From a virus (Duplodnaviria > Caudoviricetes): a stretch of DNA of 64,000 nucleotides. The position numbers and the translations under genes were made by a program. Each line of letters opens with the position of its first letter. Within the stretch, counting starts at the first letter, position 1. The stretch is from IMG/VR virus record IMGVR_UViG_3300027708_000029, positions 1 to 64,000 of that record. One strand, written 5' to 3'. The notes beneath the pieces were generated by a model. The model was not told where the DNA came from and did not search any database. It was given only the letters and a program-made list of their open reading frames with translations. Shown piece by piece: positions 9,258 to 20,780 of the stretch.

Positions 9258-12200
9258 ATGGCCGATACAACAATTTCCGGTATACTAAATATTGGTTCTG
9301 GTACAACACCAGATATAAAACTGTCAAACACTTCTGGTGTTACTACTGCTTTTAATGCTAATAAGTTAAACATTGACTTTAGCATTAAAGGAACCGGTAA
9401 TGGTCTAGTATATTTCGATGCGTCAACTGGACGACTAGGTATTGGTACGGGTGTGCCTGACGCTATTCTACACGTTGTTGCTCCATGTTCTAAAGATGGT
9501 CTAATTGTTGAAAGTGTCACAAATTGCCCAACTGGAGTCACTCTATTATTAGTTCATAATCCCCAAACTGCTCCAGTATCAGGCAGTTATCCCGCTATAA
9601 TTAATCTTGCTGGTCGTGATACTAATGCTAATGAAATAGCTTATGGTCAAATTTTATCTAAGATATTAGATCCTATCACAGGATATACTAGTGGAGAAAT
9701 TCTTTTTACAGTTGATAATCGTGGGACTAATACCCCTGTATTTAAAGCTAATGTCAAGAATGTAGTATTGGGTGGTAATAATAGCGTGTCTGGTTACTCA
9801 TATACTGTTGTCGGTGGTAATAATTCTGTTACTGGCGTCGGTTTAACCAGTATTGGAGCATATAATAATGGAGTATCTAATAGTGGTTTAATTATTGGTA
9901 GTGTTAATACCATCAATGGTTCTAAAATTCTTGCTTTAGTTAATAATTCTAAATTTGTTGGAGCCAACAATATTGCTATGGGCGATACTGTAGCTATTAC
10001 TGGTTTATCTAATATTTTTATTGGTAATTCTAACTCTCTCACCGGATCAAACAATATTTTGATGGGAGATAATAATAGTTTTAATGGAGATATGAATATT
10101 GGTTTAACTCAATTATCTTCAAACACCGGATCTTCAGGAATTATTTTTGGCGCTTATTCCACTAATAATGGAAATAATAACGTATACATAGGCAACCTGA
10201 ATAACCTTATTGGTAATTCTAACAATGTTGTTGGATCATTAGTTTCTGTGACCGGAGATAATAATAATATTTATGGTAGTTCTGATTCTATCCTAGGATC
10301 AAAATTAATCTCTATAGGATCAAATCAATCCTTAAATACTATGACTAGTGGTATTTTTATTGGTAATGATATGTCACTATCTAATTCCAATAAGCTCTTA
10401 TTTTTGGGCATGGGTAATACCAATACAAAAGATGGTCTAGCAAAAAGCATTCTGATTGGTATCAACAATAATCTAAGTAGCGGTACCCCAGATCAGATTT
10501 TATTGATTGGTCAATCGAATATTATCCAAAATATTACGGGGTCTGTTGTATTAGGAAATACTAATAATGTTAGTGGATCTGTTTCTAATAATTTAGTCAT
10601 GGGAAATGCTAATGCCGTATCATTAACTAGTACAAATAATTTAGTGCTAGGAATGTTAAATAATCAAACTGGTATTTATATTGATTCTGATGGTAATATA
10701 ACAGGATCGGGCAAAAGACCAGCTGGAACTGTTATTAATTCTATAGTCGCTGGTATAAATAATGTTTTGTATGCTGGAAATAGTCATATTGTAGTGGGTA
10801 ATAAAAATGCCATATCAGGTTCTAGTAGTAATACTTTAGGATCATATAATAATCTTAAAAATAGTACAAATGCTTACAATGTTGGTAATTCTAACTTTTT
10901 AGCAGGTAGTCAACTAGCAACAGTTGGTAGTAAAATTAATTTAGTTGGTCAAGAATCAGTAGTTTTTAATACATCCAATCAGCAAATGAATGTTTTTGGA
11001 AGTGGGAATATTGTTCTTGGATATAATCAAGTTGTTAATAATAGTATTGCTGTGGGCACTTCTAATAGATTAGATGGCTTAAATAATATTGTTTATGGTC
11101 GTAATAATATATTAGGATCTACTAGAAATACATGCTTTATGACTGACGCTGGTGGTACTACTATCACTATTCCAACTAAGGGTATGTTAACTCAGTATTT
11201 ACAGGGAGACAAGATATTAGTTTCTTTTCAAAATCCTCCATCAATATCTAATACTTTTGTAAGAACTATTTCAGCAATTGTCGAGGATACAATTGAACCA
11301 AGAACCTATATTACTCTTGATATTCCGGTTATTCTTGATTATGGGAATGGTTATTACTCTATAAATAATGCGTTTGATGATAATAATAGTCCTTCTAGTG
11401 TTGTTAGTGGACTTATTATGCCATATCAAAGAATGGGTGGTGCTGGTGGAGCAGAGCTTAACCCTATATATGGTTCTAATAATATTATTGTTGGATCTAA
11501 TAATACATATCCTTTCACTAGTGGTTTAATTTTAGGCTATAATAATTATATGTTTGGTGTGAGAAATATAGCTATTGGATATGGTTTGACCGGAGTTGCA
11601 GATGATACTCTATATTTAGGTACTAATAATAGTAATAAGATGATTCTTGATAATTATAAGATTGTTTTTAATTCCGGTAAACTACAGCAGAATCTTATAT
11701 TCAAGTCTGCTTCAGATTCTACTAGTGTTCTCAATGCTAATCTTAATAATAATCGTATTGGTATTAATACAGATAGTCCCACGTCTTCTCTTTCTGTTAG
11801 TGGACTTTTAACTACCACAGATTTTAAATTAGGATTTTCTTCTCCCGATGCTTATGTATTAACCAGTAACACTAATGGAGTTGGAACATGGCAGCTACCA
11901 GTTAGATTATCTGGTACTAATGGAGGCATGTTATTTAAGGTTACTGATAAAGGAGCAAGCGGAATTGCAGAAATTGCATATGACCCCAATAATAAACAAC
12001 TAGGATTTAATTTGGGTGGTAATAGTGAGCTTTATATTAATAGTACTGGTTTATTCTTAAATGATCAGGCACTCTCCTATAAAGTAAGAATTCGTGGTAG
12101 TGGTGGAGTAGATTTTGCTAGAACATTATTTGATACTGATTATCCTAACCATAGAATTAATTTTTATAATATTGGTGGTAATTCTGGAAGTTTCAATAAT

Positions 12201-13628
12201 TTTAGTTTAAATAGTGGATTAACATTACCAGTTAGTTTAACCGGAACTTATTTGTATGTTAACAGTAATGGAAAATTATCCTCTTATGTAACAAGACCCA
12301 ATACTATTCTATTTTCTAATAATGCCTCATATTCTACGGGAAATAGTAGTCTTCGCTGGATTAATTCACAGCAAGTTATGGCTATGGGAGCATCAGTTGA
12401 TGTTACAGAAGATACTGTTCCTACTAATGGTTATGATGGTTACTACAACATATTATTAAGTTCTAATTCACAAGTAGATACAGTATTTAATAATCGTGGA
12501 TTTAATAACAGATTTGCTGTTTTAAATTCTGGTAATGACAGGACTATAGGTTTTCATATTAGTCCAACTGGGCCTGTGGCAATCAATACTTCATTATCAA
12601 ATTTGTCGTCTGTTAATTCAAAATCAACCCTGTATGTCAACGGTAAAGCATGGGTTACAGAATTAAAAGTAGGAAACGATGCTGCACCATCAGGATATTA
12701 TCTAAGAACAGATGCTTCTGGAAATATTCGTTTTAGTAATCTTGATATTAATAATCAGTTTACTGCATACTCTACTGATGCTATCACTAATAGCTATCCT
12801 ATTAATGTAATTTCTACTACACAGGGTGTAGATGGTTCATTCATTACTAATTTTGGTTTTACTAAAAGAAACTCTAATGGAAATCCATTTACAGCAAGTG
12901 ATGATGGAGCATATGTCGCATATAATGGTTTAGCTTGGGTTACTGCTAGTGGTCTCAAGGCATATCAAACCCAATTAGAAACAGGTAATGCTCAAAGTTG
13001 TCCTGGTATAGCTATTGGTTATAAGCCATCGGTAACTAGCACATTTAACACCCATGCATTTGCTGGTGGTTCATTTAGCCATAATAGTAAAACATATGAT
13101 GGATCATCTCAATATGTCCAATATTATCTAAGAACTCGTACAACAGGCCCAAGCAATACAACTAATCCGTTAGTTACTAATTGGTCAAAAACTAATGTTG
13201 TATCAGATGAAAGCCCAAATAACTGCATTAATTTTAATGATTTTTATGCTTTAGATTCTTATACTCCTGGATATGATAGAGTTTGGGGCTATAAAATTAG
13301 TGTTTCAGTATTATGGCAAAATAGCACACAAGCTACCCCTAATAATAGTGCTAGAAGATATGCCGGAACATATCAAATTGAGGGTGGTGTATATAGATCA
13401 GCGGATGGTTCTAATTTTTATAAGTTTGGTAATGAAAGTATTAAATACTATGGAGATACTATGCCATCTTTTATGGGATTATCTACTGAAGTAAGAAATA
13501 CAAGTAGTATTCCAAGACTTAGTATAGTTGCCAGTGGTGTTGGTGGATATACCGCTCTTTGGTCAGCTACTGCCAGAATTAATCAACTCAACCATCCTGG
13601 AGATCTTACTCTATACGGAACAGTTTAG
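9258..13628 (+). CDS. Tail fibre / adhesin-like virion protein with beta-roll (YadA-head-like) repeats
   Basis: AAGGAG RBS; many approximately 14-aa 'N-x-x-(I/V)-G-x-x-N' repeats; GIGTGVP..LHV and RIGINTDSP..LSV motifs typical of phage fibres. Confidence 0.7.
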   Translation: MADTTISGILNIGSGTTPDIKLSNTSGVTTAFNANKLNIDFSIKGTGNGLVYFDASTGRLGIGTGVPDAILHVVAPCSKDGLIVESVTNCPTGVTLLLVHNPQTAPVSGSYPAIINLAGRDTNANEIAYGQILSKILDPITGYTSGEILFTVDNRGTNTPVFKANVKNVVLGGNNSVSGYSYTVVGGNNSVTGVGLTSIGAYNNGVSNSGLIIGSVNTINGSKILALVNNSKFVGANNIAMGDTVAITGLSNIFIGNSNSLTGSNNILMGDNNSFNGDMNIGLTQLSSNTGSSGIIFGAYSTNNGNNNVYIGNLNNLIGNSNNVVGSLVSVTGDNNNIYGSSDSILGSKLISIGSNQSLNTMTSGIFIGNDMSLSNSNKLLFLGMGNTNTKDGLAKSILIGINNNLSSGTPDQILLIGQSNIIQNITGSVVLGNTNNVSGSVSNNLVMGNANAVSLTSTNNLVLGMLNNQTGIYIDSDGNITGSGKRPAGTVINSIVAGINNVLYAGNSHIVVGNKNAISGSSSNTLGSYNNLKNSTNAYNVGNSNFLAGSQLATVGSKINLVGQESVVFNTSNQQMNVFGSGNIVLGYNQVVNNSIAVGTSNRLDGLNNIVYGRNNILGSTRNTCFMTDAGGTTITIPTKGMLTQYLQGDKILVSFQNPPSISNTFVRTISAIVEDTIEPRTYITLDIPVILDYGNGYYSINNAFDDNNSPSSVVSGLIMPYQRMGGAGGAELNPIYGSNNIIVGSNNTYPFTSGLILGYNNYMFGVRNIAIGYGLTGVADDTLYLGTNNSNKMILDNYKIVFNSGKLQQNLIFKSASDSTSVLNANLNNNRIGINTDSPTSSLSVSGLLTTTDFKLGFSSPDAYVLTSNTNGVGTWQLPVRLSGTNGGMLFKVTDKGASGIAEIAYDPNNKQLGFNLGGNSELYINSTGLFLNDQALSYKVRIRGSGGVDFARTLFDTDYPNHRINFYNIGGNSGSFNNFSLNSGLTLPVSLTGTYLYVNSNGKLSSYVTRPNTILFSNNASYSTGNSSLRWINSQQVMAMGASVDVTEDTVPTNGYDGYYNILLSSNSQVDTVFNNRGFNNRFAVLNSGNDRTIGFHISPTGPVAINTSLSNLSSVNSKSTLYVNGKAWVTELKVGNDAAPSGYYLRTDASGNIRFSNLDINNQFTAYSTDAITNSYPINVISTTQGVDGSFITNFGFTKRNSNGNPFTASDDGAYVAYNGLAWVTASGLKAYQTQLETGNAQSCPGIAIGYKPSVTSTFNTHAFAGGSFSHNSKTYDGSSQYVQYYLRTRTTGPSNTTNPLVTNWSKTNVVSDESPNNCINFNDFYALDSYTPGYDRVWGYKISVSVLWQNSTQATPNNSARRYAGTYQIEGGVYRSADGSNFYKFGNESIKYYGDTMPSFMGLSTEVRNTSSIPRLSIVASGVGGYTALWSATARINQLNHPGDLTLYGTV

Positions 13629-13653
13629 TTTTTAGGAAAGGACATTTATCATT

Positions 13654-15255
13654 ATGGCTACGTCAGCATTTCTTAGTTATGGATCTTTTAGTTTTTCAGG
13701 AATTAGCGGATATCCAATACCGTCCATCTCTATTTCCAAAGAATATCAAAGAAATGGAGCAGGAAAAACTATTGGAGCAACAACATCAGTAAATTTGGAA
13801 GGAAAATTATTTACTGGTAGTGGAAATAGTGGACTTCCTCACTTATTAGTATTAGAAAGTGGTCTTAGATCAGTTTTTATTGATGGAGGAACATTAACGT
13901 TTGGTTGTGGTTCAACTAGTGGATCTTTTTCTGGAGGTAAAATATCAAGGTATTCTGCTAATAGAACAGATAATAACTGGACTACGACTATTGACTATAG
14001 TATTGATTTACAATTTGAAAATACTGTTACAACTGGTAATAATCCATTTTATGTTAGTAGTGCTCAAGACGAATGGAATATGGAGACTTTAGACGAAACA
14101 GCATTTGCTAAAGGACCATTTAATCTTGCAAATTATTTACCAGGATATGGAAATCCTACTCTTTCTTTTAATCAAGGACAAAACTATCCTTTTTATAGAA
14201 TTACTCGTACTCTAGGAGCAGTTGGTAAATACATACCATTTACAGGAGGTAGTGGAATTAGCGCTATTCAAAATGCTAAAGGTTGGGTAAATTATCAATT
14301 AGGAGATCAGCCAACTTATAGTGGTGTGATTGGATTAAGATTATATAATTTTGTTAGAAGCTTAAGTGTTAGTGAAGTTGAAGGGTCTTTTAGAATAACA
14401 GATAATTGGATAGGAGTACCTAGTGGAGTAACAATACCATATATAGAAACTTTTAATATTGATAGCTCATTAGATTCAGAGCTTTTAAGAACAGTAACAA
14501 TACAAGGAACAATCAAGGGACTAGAGCCATTTAATAGTGGTAATATATACAACCCTAATGTATTGCCGTATCTTAGTGGCTCATTAAGTGGCTCATTAAC
14601 TGGCTTGTATAATGATAATACTCATGTAAATGGTACTAATGGTACTAAATTTATATATGCATTAAGTGGGTATAAGGATATAAAATCTAATTTACTTAAT
14701 AGAATAAGCAGTGCTTTTGCTACTGGTACTTTAATTACACTTGGTTATTCTACTTCTGTTAGTAGTGGACTTTTACCAATGAATCCTCTTCCAATGAGTA
14801 TCACAGAAGGAATGAATCCAGCAGAAGGAACAATAACATATAATTGGGTTTTTAATAATAGACCAAGGCCTTATATTACTGGTGCTCTTAGTGAATCATT
14901 AACTATAGATGATCGTCATGCTACCCCTGTTATAGCTTCTATCTTTGTATTGGGGCGTAAATTAGGACCTATTTTACAAGATTTAGGAACTTTTAGTTCA
15001 TCAAGCAGAACAGTAAATTTTGAAGTAGTATTTCCTAAACCTAGTAGTTTAGTAGATATTGTATTCCCAGGCAACCACTATACTACTATAACAGGTGTAG
15101 TAGAAAAATTTAATCCTGCTAGTTTTATGATTGGCTATGCTGGTGTAGCGGGAATTAAATCATATGTTACGGCAAATACCAGCAATTGGGTACCAAAAGA
15201 CGGAAGAATTAGTGTTAGTAAGACTTGGGATTGGGTAAGATGTATAGAACAATAA
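13654..15255 (+). CDS. Putative virion structural (tail/baseplate) protein
   Basis: 533-aa beta-strand-rich, S/G/T-rich ORF inside the structural operon. Confidence 0.55.
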   Translation: MATSAFLSYGSFSFSGISGYPIPSISISKEYQRNGAGKTIGATTSVNLEGKLFTGSGNSGLPHLLVLESGLRSVFIDGGTLTFGCGSTSGSFSGGKISRYSANRTDNNWTTTIDYSIDLQFENTVTTGNNPFYVSSAQDEWNMETLDETAFAKGPFNLANYLPGYGNPTLSFNQGQNYPFYRITRTLGAVGKYIPFTGGSGISAIQNAKGWVNYQLGDQPTYSGVIGLRLYNFVRSLSVSEVEGSFRITDNWIGVPSGVTIPYIETFNIDSSLDSELLRTVTIQGTIKGLEPFNSGNIYNPNVLPYLSGSLSGSLTGLYNDNTHVNGTNGTKFIYALSGYKDIKSNLLNRISSAFATGTLITLGYSTSVSSGLLPMNPLPMSITEGMNPAEGTITYNWVFNNRPRPYITGALSESLTIDDRHATPVIASIFVLGRKLGPILQDLGTFSSSSRTVNFEVVFPKPSSLVDIVFPGNHYTTITGVVEKFNPASFMIGYAGVAGIKSYVTANTSNWVPKDGRISVSKTWDWVRCIEQ

Positions 15256-15275
15256 TTTAGATATAAGGACAACAA

Positions 15276-18200
15276 ATGCCTCAACAGAATCCATTCACAT
15301 GTTCTGGATCATACGAAGAAGTAGGACCATATAATCAGACATTATTTTTAGGATGTAGTTTAACTAGTTTTAATATTAATCTAGGATGGGGTGCTGATGC
15401 TAGTTCTATAACGATTGGCTTAGTATCAGATCCAGCATATCATCCAGCATCACAAAAATATGGTCCACTAAATGCTTTGGTTACTAGTACTAATGCCAAC
15501 ACTAATACTGCATCAACAGCTTTAAGACAAAATGCGGATGGTTCAATTAGTGATACTGATGCTGGTAGAAATTTATTCAAAACAATAAGTCCACAAATAG
15601 CAGATCAAAATCAATATAACGATTTAGGAAAAGTTTATTGGGATACTATTAATAATAGAAAAAAATACTGGACCGATCCTGATCCTGGATTTTTAGGATT
15701 AGCTAAATATCAACCAGATGGACAATTAGTTCGTAAAGCTTACGATATTATTGGTGTTCCAGCTTTTTTTAAATTTTCTTCTGGATTATCTTTTGGAGGT
15801 ATGATTTCAGATTGGAAAGCCAATGGTGGTCAGGGCGGTAGTGGATTATTCGAAGTTACACTTAAAAGTTATTCAAGTTTATTAACTGGTTCTTATTTAA
15901 TTATTGATGAATATGTTGGTTCAATATCTACTGAGATTAATAGTACTATTGCTGTTCCTTCAAATACTACTGGTGTTTATACTTCAGATATAGTTAAAGG
16001 AAATATACCAAATGTATTCAATGTTTTTGGCTATTTAGAAAATAAAGGATTTGGATATGCTGGCAAAACAGAATCTGGTGTTTCTGCTCTGCAAATTTAT
16101 TATGCTTTACAAGATCTAACGGGAGGAAAAGATTGTCCGTTTTCCCCATATGGAGCACTGATCGCTAAACATCCATTAACCATGGATGGTACTGCTGTTG
16201 ACGTAACTAATCAAACAGTAACTAGCCTTCTTTCTTCTAATAATACTATGACCCTACAAGAATGTGGATTATGTCCTAATATTACAGCCAAAGATAATAT
16301 AAAAAGAACCAAATTAAAATTAGATCTAAGCGAAGTACCAATACCTCCAAATGATTTATTTTTAACTGGTATGTCATATATTACTATATTAGATTTTATT
16401 ACCAAAATATGTAATGGTGCTGGTTTTGAGTTTTATGTCGATTTTCGTCTGCCAGATCCAACTATTCCAGATGAAGTAGGAAATTTTTCTGGAGTTATTG
16501 TTATTAGAACAGTAAGTAGAAGAAACCAACCTCCTAGAGAAATCATTAAAAATATAGTAGGCAATTTAGTTAATGCTGGCGCTAAAATTAGTTCTTATCA
16601 ATATGGACAAGAATACAATGATAAAGAAGTTAGAGCTATGTATATTGGGAGCAAACAACAAAGATTATTGCAAGTTAGGTCGGTAAATTTATCGATTAAA
16701 CAAAGTAGTTTAGTTTTTGATCCATATTATGATAATGGAAAGGGTCATTTTGTTACTTTCAATTCTACAAGTAATTCAGATGGAGCTGTTCCCAATATCA
16801 ATAGGTATGAAAATTATTTTAGAATCCCAGACCCAGGAAGCACAAGATACTCCCAGACTGCTACAGATGGTGGATCAGCGGTTGGTCAAATAAATAATTG
16901 GGATATTTTTCAATCTGTTGTACATTTTGGTCCAAATTCTTTGGGTATTTTGAGAGGCAATTATTTTCCTACTGAAGAACAAGATCCAGCTTCTCTTTAT
17001 CAAGGAAATCCTAATCCTGCTTTTGCAAATGATGAGAGCTATCCAATATACAATGATCTTATTAGCCCATATTTTGGTTATCATGGTCAAGATACCACTG
17101 CAACCACAGTACCATCTGCTATCGATTGGCATGAACCTAGAAAAGTATATCTAGATCGTAAGATGGGTCAATTACAAATTGTTTTTAGAAATAATGATAT
17201 TACTTCTTTATTGACTAGAGCTTTTACTTCTAGTGGCGAATTTGTTGTTTTGGAAAATGAAATTAGAGCAGCTGGTGGTGGATTTGAAGCTTGGTTTTCA
17301 TATTGTTTTGATAATATATTCAATACAGACATTGCAGATCTGATGTACTCAGCATTTTGTGCTCAGTATCCAGTTTTTGGTAATAGAAGAAATTTTTTAG
17401 CTGGTTTAAATATTATTAATTGGAATGCCGTTAATAAAAGCACAACCACGCAAACCAAAGAAACCAGAGCATATACTATTAGTATAGAAAATGCTCAACC
17501 ATATGTTCAATCTTTATATGCAGATTTAAAAAAGATTCACTCTTTTTTTTCAGATATTTGTGATACTTATTATGCTAAGCAATTTATGGTGAAAACACAA
17601 AGAATGAGATGGTATCAAACATCTCCCTTTAGCAATAGTGATGGTGAAACATATGTTAAATATCCAGATCCAAATGGTAATAATTTTGCTTATTCAACTT
17701 CTAGTAGATTTTTTACAGATTGGGAAATATCTACTGATGGAGCATGGGAAGAAGAAGGTAATTTTATAGATGATACTATAGTTGTTGGTTCTACTCAAGC
17801 TGCTTTATTTTCTGATGATAACAATAAAATAACGCCTATTCTAGGTTTTAATGCTAATGGAGATTTTGCTTCTAGAGATTTTTGGTCTCAAACATATTTA
17901 GCTAATCGTAGTAATCCCAACTCATTAACTGCTCTAATGTTATCAAGATCACAACCTTTTGGATCAGCAGTAGACAGAGGTATATATTTCTATTTTCCTT
18001 TGGATCATAATATGAATGCTTCAGACTATACCTATATTCCATATAGAAATCCAATATTAACTAATTTAGGTTTAACTAATCTGACTAATACTTTGGTTGG
18101 ACAAACTTTAGCTCCAACAACTGCTCATGGAGAACCAGTTCCTACTGATTGGCAATATAAAATGTATGCTAAGGCTGAAGTTGAGCCCAAAGTAATTTTT

Positions 18201-20774
18201 TTAAAGGATGTTGATGACGTTTATAGACCTAGAGCTATATTATCTCTACAAAGCCCATTGTATTTAGGAGGAGGAAAATCTGATACTCAAGATTCTCTCT
18301 CGTATGTCCAACTGCATGATGCTTTAATTAAAATGAACAGAGGATCTGCCCAACCTCCCAATAATATATCTCGTACGAATAATTCTTTAAAAGCTACTGC
18401 TAATCCAATGAATTGGAAAGCTATTCTTTGCGCTTGGGGATTTTCTAGCACCATGAAATTAATTGGCGGCTATCATGGAATATCTATTAATAATTCAGCA
18501 GAGAACGTATCTATTGTTAAAAAAGCTGCTTGTCCAGAGTTTGCGGCAATTCCTATTAAATTTAACAGGGCTACTTATGGTCCTTGGATAAATCATCCTG
18601 GACTTCAGGGTGTTTCTTCATTAATATTTATTCCCACAGATCCTAATAATGGATATGATCAAAATACTCTTAATAATTTAGTTAATAATTTAGTAGGTGG
18701 AGTTAAAGTAAATATTGATGATAGTCTTAATCCTTGGAACTGTGGTGGAACAAATGCTTTAGATGCTGTAGTTATGAATCAAATTAAAGATGATGTAAAT
18801 TATCAACAAGTTACCGAACAAGGTAATATTACTGCTGTTGGTATGTTATTGAACGATCCTAATGGCAAACCTTATAGTATAGGTAGTGTGTTAAAATTAA
18901 CTGCGGCAGATACAGCAGGACCGATAGTAACCAACTTGAGTCTTAGTCTAAATAATGGTGGTATTACTTCTATTTATAACATGAGAACATATGTTAAGAA
19001 AATAGGATTTTTTAATAAAGAAAATTCTGATAGAATCAAAGATACTAATTTAGAGTTTATGAGAAGACGCAGAGATACAAATAATAGTATTAATAGTGCT
19101 TTAAATAAAATTAAACCAAATACTTTTCCTAATACTAGCAATGGCCTTCTAGGTGGAGCAGACACACCCAAGCCATTGAGATGGAGCCCTTTCGAAGTTT
19201 TAGCTGGTGCGGCATATCCTCAACTAAATTTTAAAAGTTCTGTTGGGGATATTTATGCCGATTTAGGATTTTCTCCTTCATGGTCAAAATCTCCATATTC
19301 TAAGACTGCAAGCTATAATACTAAAGACATGTTAAGATATTTAACAAATGTCTCTGTTCAAGATATTCAAGAATTACCAAGAGAATTCAAAGATGACTAT
19401 TCTCAAAAATCATTCATGAGTTTAGATGGTCTATTATCTCCTATTTCTTTTTATCCAACTCTATATGGCTCTACTTATAATATTACAAAATATTCTAGAG
19501 ATCATTGTGCATTTTGTAAAGGTAGTGGTAATTATACCTGGGAAAAATTTGACATTCCCAGAGATACAGGAACTCAACCATCTGGTTTTGCAGGATTAAT
19601 ACAGTTGAAATCGAGCAAAACCGATATTTGCCCATTTTGCGAACCTGCTTCTGATAAAGCTAAAAGATCGTATAAGAGTGCTTCTCCAAAACAAACTAAT
19701 CCTCCTTATATTTTAGCTAGCGGCGATGACTTAACAATTATTTCTAAAAATGCAAATACAGGACAGCCATCTGGAGAAAATAATCAGAATACGATTATTA
19801 ATTATTCTACTCTAAATCCTATATTATTAAGTAGTGGAGAATTTAGTTGTTTTCAAAATAGACAATCTGGAGATCTTACTGGACACAGCATAGACTTGAT
19901 TGGTTTGGGTATGACAGTTCCAGAAACTGGTAATTCTTTAAAATTAGCTTATTCATCAACAGTAGAGAAAAACTTTTTAGATTATGATCAGAACTATATT
20001 GATCATTGTTTAACTCATTCTATTCCTGTTTCTACGGGTTCAGGTGTTCCTGCAAATAATGCAAGATTTTTTGGGCTACGAGGACCATTAATGGTTCATG
20101 CTTGGGGATACGACTTAGAAGGTTTTCCAGTTCCTAATTCTTCTGGTGAACCGAAATTAGATTACAATGGAGATATTGTTAAAGATAGTAGTGGCAATAT
20201 AATATACAAAAATCAAATTCAAAAATCTGATCAAACCTGGACAGAACCATATAAAGAAAATTCTTTCTATAAAGGTTGGGGGCAATTACCAGGAACATGG
20301 CCAGTTGGTCCTGTTGATCTTAGATGGGACGATATTGCTGGAGTTTGGGTTGCTGGAGGCAATGGATACAAACCAATTTGGATAGTTATAGAAACAGATT
20401 TGGTAGGAAATCAGCCATCTCGTGGTGAAATAGTAGATGATTCTTATAGTAATCAACCATTGGCTAGTGGATTACGTCGTTTAGTTTTTGTGAAAGATCC
20501 TCTAGGAGTTAATGGCGCTCCCAGAGGAGCTCATATTTATTGTAATTATAATAGTCAAAACGGATTTTATGAACCAATTTATAATAAAGTAAGTTTAAAT
20601 TCAGGTATTATTAGAGGAGCAAATTCAGTAGATATGTACAATATGTATCGCAATACTACTGCAACATATCTTACTACTTTTTCTAATCCTTTAGATTTTA
20701 ATGTTAATGTTGGAGATGCAGGACTATTTACTTTTATAGGCAGCGGATGGGTTTTACAATCTTATAGGTGTTGA
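15276..20774 (+). CDS. Large putative tail/baseplate hub protein with a CxxC...CxxC insert
   Basis: 1832 aa in the structural operon; CAFCKGSG...CPFC zinc-finger-like motif. Confidence 0.55.
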   Translation: MPQQNPFTCSGSYEEVGPYNQTLFLGCSLTSFNINLGWGADASSITIGLVSDPAYHPASQKYGPLNALVTSTNANTNTASTALRQNADGSISDTDAGRNLFKTISPQIADQNQYNDLGKVYWDTINNRKKYWTDPDPGFLGLAKYQPDGQLVRKAYDIIGVPAFFKFSSGLSFGGMISDWKANGGQGGSGLFEVTLKSYSSLLTGSYLIIDEYVGSISTEINSTIAVPSNTTGVYTSDIVKGNIPNVFNVFGYLENKGFGYAGKTESGVSALQIYYALQDLTGGKDCPFSPYGALIAKHPLTMDGTAVDVTNQTVTSLLSSNNTMTLQECGLCPNITAKDNIKRTKLKLDLSEVPIPPNDLFLTGMSYITILDFITKICNGAGFEFYVDFRLPDPTIPDEVGNFSGVIVIRTVSRRNQPPREIIKNIVGNLVNAGAKISSYQYGQEYNDKEVRAMYIGSKQQRLLQVRSVNLSIKQSSLVFDPYYDNGKGHFVTFNSTSNSDGAVPNINRYENYFRIPDPGSTRYSQTATDGGSAVGQINNWDIFQSVVHFGPNSLGILRGNYFPTEEQDPASLYQGNPNPAFANDESYPIYNDLISPYFGYHGQDTTATTVPSAIDWHEPRKVYLDRKMGQLQIVFRNNDITSLLTRAFTSSGEFVVLENEIRAAGGGFEAWFSYCFDNIFNTDIADLMYSAFCAQYPVFGNRRNFLAGLNIINWNAVNKSTTTQTKETRAYTISIENAQPYVQSLYADLKKIHSFFSDICDTYYAKQFMVKTQRMRWYQTSPFSNSDGETYVKYPDPNGNNFAYSTSSRFFTDWEISTDGAWEEEGNFIDDTIVVGSTQAALFSDDNNKITPILGFNANGDFASRDFWSQTYLANRSNPNSLTALMLSRSQPFGSAVDRGIYFYFPLDHNMNASDYTYIPYRNPILTNLGLTNLTNTLVGQTLAPTTAHGEPVPTDWQYKMYAKAEVEPKVIFLKDVDDVYRPRAILSLQSPLYLGGGKSDTQDSLSYVQLHDALIKMNRGSAQPPNNISRTNNSLKATANPMNWKAILCAWGFSSTMKLIGGYHGISINNSAENVSIVKKAACPEFAAIPIKFNRATYGPWINHPGLQGVSSLIFIPTDPNNGYDQNTLNNLVNNLVGGVKVNIDDSLNPWNCGGTNALDAVVMNQIKDDVNYQQVTEQGNITAVGMLLNDPNGKPYSIGSVLKLTAADTAGPIVTNLSLSLNNGGITSIYNMRTYVKKIGFFNKENSDRIKDTNLEFMRRRRDTNNSINSALNKIKPNTFPNTSNGLLGGADTPKPLRWSPFEVLAGAAYPQLNFKSSVGDIYADLGFSPSWSKSPYSKTASYNTKDMLRYLTNVSVQDIQELPREFKDDYSQKSFMSLDGLLSPISFYPTLYGSTYNITKYSRDHCAFCKGSGNYTWEKFDIPRDTGTQPSGFAGLIQLKSSKTDICPFCEPASDKAKRSYKSASPKQTNPPYILASGDDLTIISKNANTGQPSGENNQNTIINYSTLNPILLSSGEFSCFQNRQSGDLTGHSIDLIGLGMTVPETGNSLKLAYSSTVEKNFLDYDQNYIDHCLTHSIPVSTGSGVPANNARFFGLRGPLMVHAWGYDLEGFPVPNSSGEPKLDYNGDIVKDSSGNIIYKNQIQKSDQTWTEPYKENSFYKGWGQLPGTWPVGPVDLRWDDIAGVWVAGGNGYKPIWIVIETDLVGNQPSRGEIVDDSYSNQPLASGLRRLVFVKDPLGVNGAPRGAHIYCNYNSQNGFYEPIYNKVSLNSGIIRGANSVDMYNMYRNTTATYLTTFSNPLDFNVNVGDAGLFTFIGSGWVLQSYRC

Positions 20775-20780
20775 TATCAA